NCBI GenBank assembly: GCA_043747615.1 | Contig: JAYTOU010000029.1 | Span: forward strand, 1 to 64,000 | DNA: 64,000 nt | Origin: Myxococcales bacterium | GTDB taxonomy: Bacteria; Myxococcota_A; Polyangia; Polyangiales; Polyangiaceae | Reading direction: 5' to 3' | Shown: positions 57,094 through 64,000 of the stretch, in pieces | Position numbering within the stretch: the stretch's first letter is position 1 | How the letters are laid out: every line of letters begins with the position of its first letter | Translations under genes and position numbers: made by a program | The notes under the pieces: model-generated | Database searches by the model: none | Told to the model about the DNA's origin: nothing | The model's input: only the letters and a program-made list of their open reading frames with translations

Positions 57094-57912
57094 ATGGGCT
57101 CCGTCTTTGAAGGCGCATCTCTGCGCGTGTACCGACAAAATCTTTCTTCTTTCAAACCGCTCGACCGCGCCGTGGAGCGTGAGCTGGCACAAAAGTGGAT
57201 CGCCGGCGACAAACGCGCAGGCGAGAAAATCGTCGAAGCCTGTCTACCGTTCGTCATCTCGATCGCTCTCGAGTACCGACGGTGGGGCATCCCCCTCGAA
57301 GACATCATCCAGCAAGGGAATCTCGGACTCCTTCGGGCGGCGAAAAAGTTCGACCCCGATCGCGAGTGCCGCCTGGCAACCTACGCGGCGTACTGGATCC
57401 GCGCCGAGATCCGGGAGTACGTAGTTCGCGGCTACCGCGTCGTTCGCCTCGGCACGACCAAAGGAGAGCGCCGCGCACTGCGCGCTTACCGCTCGACGCA
57501 CGAGCGTGACCCCGAGAAACTCGCGCTGATCTCCGGCCTGACCAAAGAGCGCATCGAGCTTCTCATGCCGCTTCTTGCCGGTCGCGAGATGAGTCTGGAC
57601 GCGTCCACGAACGACGCACCTCCCGCAGTCGAGCGCATGACCGCCAGCGGGCCCAATCCCGAAGAAGCAGCGGGCGCGCAGGAGGTGCAGGACCAAGCGG
57701 AAACTGCCGTATCGGAAGCGCTACGTGGATTGACCGACCGCGAGCTCCTCATTGTTCGCGAACGCCTCATGAAAGACGACCCCCTCACGCTTCAGCGCCT
57801 CGGAGACATGCTCGGCGTGAGCAAGGAACGCGTACGTCAGCTCGAAGAACGCGCGCGCGGCAAGCTTCGCGGCAGCCTCAAGAGCTTTCGTGAGCACGCC
57901 CAAACGTTGTAG
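57094..57912 (+). CDS. Sigma-70 family sigma factor, RpoH/sigma-32-like
   Basis: EDIIQQGNLGL, TYAAYWIRAEI, RpoH-box-like VRLGTTKGERR, VSKERVRQLE. Confidence 0.92.
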   Translation: MGSVFEGASLRVYRQNLSSFKPLDRAVERELAQKWIAGDKRAGEKIVEACLPFVISIALEYRRWGIPLEDIIQQGNLGLLRAAKKFDPDRECRLATYAAYWIRAEIREYVVRGYRVVRLGTTKGERRALRAYRSTHERDPEKLALISGLTKERIELLMPLLAGREMSLDASTNDAPPAVERMTASGPNPEEAAGAQEVQDQAETAVSEALRGLTDRELLIVRERLMKDDPLTLQRLGDMLGVSKERVRQLEERARGKLRGSLKSFREHAQTL

Positions 57913-57957
57913 AAAACCTACAAACTGAGCGACCGCGGGATCGAGCTGCTACCCTTT

Positions 57958-59859
57958 TTGCGAGTGAGCAGGTCCCCGAAAAAGCGCCTCTGGGTAACGG
58001 CTGCGATCGCAGGGGTAGCTGCGGTCGCCTGGCTCGGAACGCGCAACGCGGTTCGCGCGCCTCATCCTCCGGTAGGAGCTTCGGGGACTACGTCGCCGCT
58101 CGCGATCCTAGACGCTGGCGCCATCGAGTCGGACGACAGAGTGAGCACGTTTCGCGTGCCGTCGGGGGATCCACCGTCGCTCAGCTGCGATGATGCGCGC
58201 CGCGTCGTCGCTCAAGTCAGGCAGACCCTCGCGTATGAGCCGGGGGCAGTCTCGCCAACGCTGTTCGCGTCGCAGGTCTCCGACTGGCTCGATCCGCACG
58301 GGCTATGGAGCGCCGCGCCGGGTGCGCCAGTGGCCGCAGTGATCGAGCGTCACGCGCGCGCGCTTCTCGGCGAGATCGAAGGAAAGCATGCAGAATGCAC
58401 GGCAGCTCGCGAAGTGGGCGCGGTGGTCGAGAAATGGATCAACGAGCTCTCCCGTGATTTTCAGGCGAAACGCGGGGCGACATCGGGCCTCGAGCTCGAG
58501 CCTGCGCTGAGCGAGCCCATCCTCGACGGCGCAGCGACCACCCGTTCGGCGCGCGAATTCGCCTCGCTCCTCGGCGAGCGGGTCGGCGCCTTCGAGCATG
58601 GCCTCGGGCCCTCCGCGCACGCATTTGCAGACGGCGCAGCGGCGCGCTTTTTCCCGGTGCTCGACGCCGAGAGATGGTCACGCGTCGTGCTCGCTGCCGC
58701 CGTTCGGGCCTACGTGCCGCTCGTCGATCCCCACGGCGCCTGGGCTCCGCTCGATGAAGAAGCAAGCGTCTACGAGGTCGATCTCGACTCGCACCCTCCC
58801 GTCGCGCTGTGGGAAAAAATTTCACGCACCGCGGTGGGCGTGCGCATCGATGCGGGTGCGCTGGCGCCCTTGCAGAACGGAGACGTGCTTCTGTCGCTGT
58901 CGAAGGTGACGATCGCCGGCTTGCCGCTCGAGCAGATCGAGCAGCTCGCCCTCGCGGTGTCCGATGCGCACGCGCCCGCCGAGGCCATCGTTTTCAGAAA
59001 AGGGGAGCGCGCTCTGCGCACCTTGACGATGAGCATGCCCAACGTCGGTGGAGGCGCCGCTGTTCATGACGACCTTCCTTCCGAACGCGTCGCGTACGGC
59101 GAGGGCGACGTCGTGGTGGTCGCGATCCGGGAGGTGAAAGACGATCTCGGAGAAGAGCTCACGCGGGCTGTTTTACGGGAAAAAAACCGAGGATCGCTGG
59201 TCGGTATCGTCCTCGATCTGCGCGGCAACGGCGGTGGCTCGACCGACGGCGCGATCACAGCGCTCGGGATCTTCCTGCCGGGCGTTCCCCTCTTTCCGAT
59301 GAAGCGCCGCGATGGCTCGCTCGAGACGGAGCATGCTCCCGAGCCGGCGGCTGTCGAGCGCTGGGCCGGTCCGGTGGCCACCTTGGTAGATGGAAACACG
59401 GCGAGCGCAGCGGAGATGATCGCGGGCGCGCTCTCGGCGTACAAGCGCGGCCCGCTTGTCGGCCGATCTACGTACGGAAAAGGCTGCGCCCAGGAGTACT
59501 CCGACGACGACGCGCGATCAGGCGTCCTTCGTCTGACGACGCTTCTCTATGCGCTTCCCGACGGTGCGGCGGTGCAGCGGGTCGGCCTCACGCCCACGGT
59601 CCGCTTTGCGTTTCTGCCTCTGCCCGGCGAAGAGCCGGCGACGGAACGCGAAGCCAATCTCCCCGACGCGCCGCCCACCTGGCGCGGCCCCGACGTACGC
59701 GACGCACGGGTGGTAGCGAGCAACGAAGCGGCAGCGCTCATGACTTGGCCGGCGCATGGCGGGAACCTCGGCGTCTGCAAAGACCCGGACGTGTGCCGCG
59801 CGATCAAGGCGCTCGGCGGAGCGAAATCGCCGCGGATCTCCGCAGCAAAGTCGCACTGA
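57958..59859 (+). CDS. S41-family C-terminal processing peptidase
   Basis: DPH, LDLRGNGGG, TASAAE (catalytic Ser), TYGKG (Lys); N-terminal anchor. Confidence 0.9.
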   Translation: MRVSRSPKKRLWVTAAIAGVAAVAWLGTRNAVRAPHPPVGASGTTSPLAILDAGAIESDDRVSTFRVPSGDPPSLSCDDARRVVAQVRQTLAYEPGAVSPTLFASQVSDWLDPHGLWSAAPGAPVAAVIERHARALLGEIEGKHAECTAAREVGAVVEKWINELSRDFQAKRGATSGLELEPALSEPILDGAATTRSAREFASLLGERVGAFEHGLGPSAHAFADGAAARFFPVLDAERWSRVVLAAAVRAYVPLVDPHGAWAPLDEEASVYEVDLDSHPPVALWEKISRTAVGVRIDAGALAPLQNGDVLLSLSKVTIAGLPLEQIEQLALAVSDAHAPAEAIVFRKGERALRTLTMSMPNVGGGAAVHDDLPSERVAYGEGDVVVVAIREVKDDLGEELTRAVLREKNRGSLVGIVLDLRGNGGGSTDGAITALGIFLPGVPLFPMKRRDGSLETEHAPEPAAVERWAGPVATLVDGNTASAAEMIAGALSAYKRGPLVGRSTYGKGCAQEYSDDDARSGVLRLTTLLYALPDGAAVQRVGLTPTVRFAFLPLPGEEPATEREANLPDAPPTWRGPDVRDARVVASNEAAALMTWPAHGGNLGVCKDPDVCRAIKALGGAKSPRISAAKSH

Positions 59860-59863
59860 AGAG

Positions 59864-60619
59864 TCAGCCCTTCACGAGCTCGTACGCGAGCTTCACCGCC
59901 ACTGCGCCAACGACGCCGAGAACGACGACACGGACGAACCGATCGCCGCGACGAATCGCCAGATGCGAGCCGACGAACGCTCCGGCTGCGTTCGCTGCAG
60001 CCATAGGCAACGCAATCTCCCACAGCACGGAGCCGCGCCACGAGAAGAGCGCGAGCGCGGCGAGGTTCGACGCAAGGTTCACCACCTTCGCGTTCCCCGA
60101 AGCGCGCACGAGTGAATCGTCGAAGAGCGTGGCGAAGGTAACGATGAGCATCGACCCCACGCCGGGCCCGAAAAATCCGTCGTACGCACCGAGGATCGCA
60201 GAGACCATCACGAGCACCACCCGCGGATGAGCGAGAGCATGGGCGCGCGGACGAATCCGCGGAGGAAGCGCAACGAGCACGGCGGCAAACACCAGGAGTG
60301 CGAGAACCAGTGGTTTTAGCGGCGCGGCATTCATCGCGAGTAGCAAACGCGCCCCGGCGAACGAGCCGAGAGCACCGGCGATGAAGGCGAAGGGCACGCG
60401 ATCGCGATCGATCCCGTCGCGATGCCAGAACGACGCAGCCGACGAGATCGCGCCGAAGGTCGCCTGGCCTTTGTTCGTGGCCAGCGCGATCTGCGGCGGA
60501 AGCCCGAGGGCGAGAAGAGCGGGAAGGGTGACCAGACCGCCTCCGCCGGCGATCGAATCGACCACCCCCGCTGAAAATGCTGCGGGAATCAGAAGAAAGA
60601 AGGTTGAGGGCGGGAACAC
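59864..60619 (-). CDS. TSUP (TauE/SafE) family transporter
   Basis: DSIAGGGG, ATNK and YDGFFGPG motifs. Confidence 0.93.
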   Translation of the reverse strand: MFPPSTFFLLIPAAFSAGVVDSIAGGGGLVTLPALLALGLPPQIALATNKGQATFGAISSAASFWHRDGIDRDRVPFAFIAGALGSFAGARLLLAMNAAPLKPLVLALLVFAAVLVALPPRIRPRAHALAHPRVVLVMVSAILGAYDGFFGPGVGSMLIVTFATLFDDSLVRASGNAKVVNLASNLAALALFSWRGSVLWEIALPMAAANAAGAFVGSHLAIRRGDRFVRVVVLGVVGAVAVKLAYELVKG

Positions 60620-60642
60620 GATCCTTTGATATCGTCGAGGTG

Positions 60643-60945
60643 ATGGGTTTAGTGCTCACATTTCTCGTATCGCGCAAAGGGCGCGGGGTGAAGTCTACGG
60701 CCGTGAGCGACGCCATCATCAGGATCGGAAACGATCCTCGCAGCCAGCTCTGTCTCGAGGACGAAGCGGTCTCGCTCATGCACGCGGTCATCGAAGTCGA
60801 CGCAGAGGCGAGCGCCACGTTGATCGACCTCGGCTCGCCGATAGGCACCTGGGTGAATGGCGCTCGTGTGAACCGCTGCAAGCTTCGCCCAGGCGACGAG
60901 ATCCGGATCGCTACGACCCATATTCAGGTCGAGAGCATCAAGTAA
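60643..60945 (+). CDS. Stand-alone FHA domain protein
   Basis: IRIG..VSLMHA..DLGSPIGTWVNG..LRPGDEIRI. Confidence 0.85.
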   Translation: MGLVLTFLVSRKGRGVKSTAVSDAIIRIGNDPRSQLCLEDEAVSLMHAVIEVDAEASATLIDLGSPIGTWVNGARVNRCKLRPGDEIRIATTHIQVESIK

Positions 60946-63730
60946 CCGGCAGAGATTCCTCGTCGACCGGCTTTTGGGCGGGGGATTTCCGGACCGCAGT
61001 GAGATCGAGTGGCGAGGCGATCGCTCCGTCCTTGTACGTTCCCATCTCGACGCGGATCGCGCGGTGCTCGATCGGATCGGACGCCAGCACCTCCACGACC
61101 TCGCTGATCTTGCACGAGCCCGAGCCGCGGATCTCGATGTCGACCACGACCGCCACCAGGTCGCCGACCATTCCCGAAGCAGCGACGAGCTCGCTTGCCT
61201 CCGCGGAGATTTCGATTTTTCGCAGGAAGGCCCGAACGTCGACCCACTTTCCAATACCGTCGATCTTCCGGAGCAGCTTGAGCTCCGAGGCTTCGCGCAC
61301 GCGCCGCACTTGCTCTTCGAGCCACGCCTCTCCTCCGCGCTCGGTGAGGACCGATCGGGCGATGGCGATGACGTAGCGCGCGGTGTCGATCACCCGGCTG
61401 ATCGAAGCGTCATTCGGACCGAGGCGAACGGCTCCCGTGAATCGCAGACCGTCCGGCGCCGATTCGCTAAGCGCCTGGAGGTACTCCGCCGGATCGAGAT
61501 CCGAGGTGATTTTCATGTCGACGTATTCGTGAAGGCTGAAGACGCCGAGGGAGAGCGCCGGCCCGAAAGACATGTCCGGCTTGGGATGGAAACCCGACGA
61601 GTAGAAAAGCGGGATCTCGTTGCGTCGAAACGCTCGAGGGAGGGCGCGAATGACGTCGAGGTGCGACAGGAACGCGCTTGGGCCGAGCTTGGTGTACGCG
61701 AAACGGTAGCGGCGCGGCTCGCCTTGCGCGAACGGCGTCGGAGCGAGCTTCCCCTTTTGCACTTTCTTCTCGACGGGCGCGGGCGGCTCGCGACGAGACT
61801 GCGCACCGAGCTTGGAGAGATAGACCAGTCGCTCCGTCCGCATGGCGCCGAGATCGCACGCCACACCGCAGTCGTAACAGACGAGCTTGCGCGAATCGCT
61901 CCCTGCGTCGTCGAGGTTCGTATGATGGATGAACATCCCCGCAACTTTACCGCACGGGAGCGAAAGCCTCGATTTCAAGGCTTTTCGGTACTCACGGGCG
62001 AGGAAGCCTTCTTCGAGACCGACGTCGATGTGATCCCACGGAAGGCGCGCCGTCGTGGGAATCGTCCCTAGGTAGATCGCTGAATCAATGCCTTCTGCAG
62101 CGAGCGCATCCTCCCAGATCTTGATGTGGAGGTGTTCGTCCCATGAGTCGAAGCGCGCGCCCGCGCGGTAGGCTCGCTCGAGCACGTTGCACAGGCGGCG
62201 ATCTCCTCGAGCGTAGATCGCCTCGAGCCAGGAGCCCTCGCTCTCGTGCATGCGAAGTTTCACGCCAGCCGGCCTTGCTTCCTCGCGGAGCCACGCTTGC
62301 TTTCTCAGTACGTCGTCCGGGGTGTCCATGGCGCACCACTGAAACGGCGTGTGGGGCTTGGGAACGTGGGTGGAGACGCTGACGGTGACGATCGGCGCGC
62401 TGCCACCCTTCGCGCGTTTCAGTCTCTTTCCGACCTCGAGAGCCCGCCCGCCCACGCGCACGATCTCGCGCACGTCGGACTCCTCTTCCGTCGGGAGACC
62501 GATCATGAAGTAGAGCTTCATCGTCGTCCAGCCGCGCGAGAAGATCCGCTCCGCGGTGGTCATCAGCTGCTCCTCGGTGACGTTCTTGTTCACGACGTCG
62601 CGCATCCGCTGGCTCCCCGCTTCGGGGGCGAAGGTGATGCCGCTCGCGCGCACCTTGTTGATGTCGTCGAGCACCGACTCTTCGAGTCCGTACGCGCGGA
62701 GCGAGGAGACGCCGAGAGAAACGCGCTCCGGCGCAAGCTTGTCGACCACCTTCTTGATGAGCGGCGCGATGCAGGAATAGTCCGCCGTGGATAGCGCGGT
62801 GAGGCTGACCTCGTCGTAGCCCGACTTCTTGATGGCCGAAATTACGGTGTCTGCGATCTGCTGCGGATCGCGCTCGCGCACCGGACGATAGATATTTCCG
62901 GCCTGGCAGAAGCGGCACCCCTCCGTGCACCCCCGGGCGATCTCGATCGACATGCGATCGAAGATGGCCTCGGGACCGCCGATGGGTCCGTCATCGGGGA
63001 AGGGAAACTTGTTCAGGTCGTCGACCAGCGAACGGACGATCGGAAAAGGAAGCCCAGGCTCGGTCGGGCCGCTCGCGACCTCGAACCCGGTTGCGGCATC
63101 GACGTGTGTAGAATACAAGCTCGGAACGTACACCCCGCGAAGCTTGGCGAGCGCACGCAACCGATCGGCGCGAGTCACGCCTTTTTCACGCAGGTCGACC
63201 CACAGAATGGCCATCTCCGTCGTTCGCTCTTCGCCGTCTCCGATGCAGAACGCGTCGATGAACGCCGAGATCGGCTCGGGGTGCGTAGCCGTGGGGCCGC
63301 CCGCGATCACCAACGGATCGCTCTCGCCGCGCTCGCTCGAACGCAGGGGAATTCCACCGAGGTCCAGCATGGTCAGGACGTTGGTGTAGGTGAGCTCGAA
63401 CTGAAGAGAGAAGCCGACGACATCGAATGAAGACAGCGGATGCGCAGTCTCCAGCGACAAGATCGGCAGCTTGCGAGCGACCAGCTGCTCCTGCATGTCC
63501 GTCCACGGCGTGTAAGCGCGCTCGGCGAGGATGCGTGGATCGTCGTTCAAGATCTTGTAGAGGATCTTGAAACCGAGATGGCTCATACCGATGTCGTAGA
63601 GATCCGGGAACGCCAGACAGACCCGGGCGCGAACGCCGTCCCAGCTCTTCTTCGCCGCGCCGAACTCGCCGCCGAGGTAGCGCGCAGGCTTCTGCACGAG
63701 GTGAACGAACGGCGCGTAGGGGTGCTCCAT
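60938..63730 (-). CDS. Radical SAM protein (TIGR03960-type) fused to radical-SAM-linked DUF2344 domain
   Basis: KPARYLGGE, CTEGCRFC, APEAGSQR and PKPHTPFQW motifs; C-terminal FLSHLD..SGFHPKP. Confidence 0.92.
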   Translation of the reverse strand: MEHPYAPFVHLVQKPARYLGGEFGAAKKSWDGVRARVCLAFPDLYDIGMSHLGFKILYKILNDDPRILAERAYTPWTDMQEQLVARKLPILSLETAHPLSSFDVVGFSLQFELTYTNVLTMLDLGGIPLRSSERGESDPLVIAGGPTATHPEPISAFIDAFCIGDGEERTTEMAILWVDLREKGVTRADRLRALAKLRGVYVPSLYSTHVDAATGFEVASGPTEPGLPFPIVRSLVDDLNKFPFPDDGPIGGPEAIFDRMSIEIARGCTEGCRFCQAGNIYRPVRERDPQQIADTVISAIKKSGYDEVSLTALSTADYSCIAPLIKKVVDKLAPERVSLGVSSLRAYGLEESVLDDINKVRASGITFAPEAGSQRMRDVVNKNVTEEQLMTTAERIFSRGWTTMKLYFMIGLPTEEESDVREIVRVGGRALEVGKRLKRAKGGSAPIVTVSVSTHVPKPHTPFQWCAMDTPDDVLRKQAWLREEARPAGVKLRMHESEGSWLEAIYARGDRRLCNVLERAYRAGARFDSWDEHLHIKIWEDALAAEGIDSAIYLGTIPTTARLPWDHIDVGLEEGFLAREYRKALKSRLSLPCGKVAGMFIHHTNLDDAGSDSRKLVCYDCGVACDLGAMRTERLVYLSKLGAQSRREPPAPVEKKVQKGKLAPTPFAQGEPRRYRFAYTKLGPSAFLSHLDVIRALPRAFRRNEIPLFYSSGFHPKPDMSFGPALSLGVFSLHEYVDMKITSDLDPAEYLQALSESAPDGLRFTGAVRLGPNDASISRVIDTARYVIAIARSVLTERGGEAWLEEQVRRVREASELKLLRKIDGIGKWVDVRAFLRKIEISAEASELVAASGMVGDLVAVVVDIEIRGSGSCKISEVVEVLASDPIEHRAIRVEMGTYKDGAIASPLDLTAVRKSPAQKPVDEESLPVT

Positions 63731-63789
63731 GATTCCTCGTGATTTATAGTGATTTCGAGGAAACGCAAGGCGCCGGGCCCCCGGTAAGG

Positions 63790-64000
63790 CTACCGAGCGG
63801 GAGCGTTTCCCGCATCCAGTCGAGCGCGCCAAGCGTCGTCGGTGAGGCGATCGCTTGTATTCTGCACGAATTCGTAGTGCGGGAGGACGGCGCCCACGGT
63901 GAGGACCATCCGTCCCGTTCGCGGCTCGCGCATGACGAGGTAGAGCTCGCTGGAATTTCCGGTGGCTACCTCGAGGACCTGGCTGCTCGCCAGATCGGTG
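63790..64000 (-). CDS. C-terminal part of a DUF3160-like protein (partial)
   Basis: My translation: TDLASSQVLEVATG..GAVLPHYEF..RLTDDAWRARL; stop at 63790..63792. Confidence 0.7.
   Translation of the reverse strand, partial: TDLASSQVLEVATGNSSELYLVMREPRTGRMVLTVGAVLPHYEFVQNTSDRLTDDAWRARLDAGNAPAR

Noticed and set aside
60938..63730. Radical SAM plus DUF2344 fusion as a novelty or RiPP maturase
   Set aside because: The fusion is common in deltaproteobacterial lineages, and there is no precursor peptide or SPASM context.

Overview
This is a high-GC chromosomal window whose gene content (PEGA/TPR proteins, three tandem bactofilins, a TIGR04551-like barrel, many Cys-rich lipoproteins) points to a myxobacterium of the Polyangiaceae/Sorangiineae type; the taxon is my inference. 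Most of it is densely packed housekeeping and envelope genes, including prmC, PMM/PGM, UvrD/PcrA, pyrE, ppsR, proC, rseP, coaX, an RpoH-like sigma factor, an S41 protease and a fused radical SAM protein. No tRNA, rRNA or CRISPR array was seen. The strongest candidate for an undescribed system is a polyhydroxyalkanoate (PHA) locus at 33.3-41.8 kb. It holds a class III-type phaC, a 93-aa PhaE-like subunit and an acyl-CoA ligase, with no phaA/phaB. These share a tightly coupled operon with two paralogous lipoproteins, an exported alpha/beta-hydrolase and an outer-membrane beta-barrel. The operon is divergent from phaR and a phasin, and both promoters show the same PhaR-box plus TTGACT-N16-TAnnnT layout. 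Second, five polytopic GT-C-like glycosyltransferases and a polyprenol-phosphate GT2 lie at 17-33 kb. Third, the first 1.5 kb is a mobile, decayed zone with a probable IS630 end and an FG-GAP pseudogene fragment between two direct repeats that carry a dif/Xer-like arm. Family calls come from motif recognition only; no searches were run. Start codons are my best choices.
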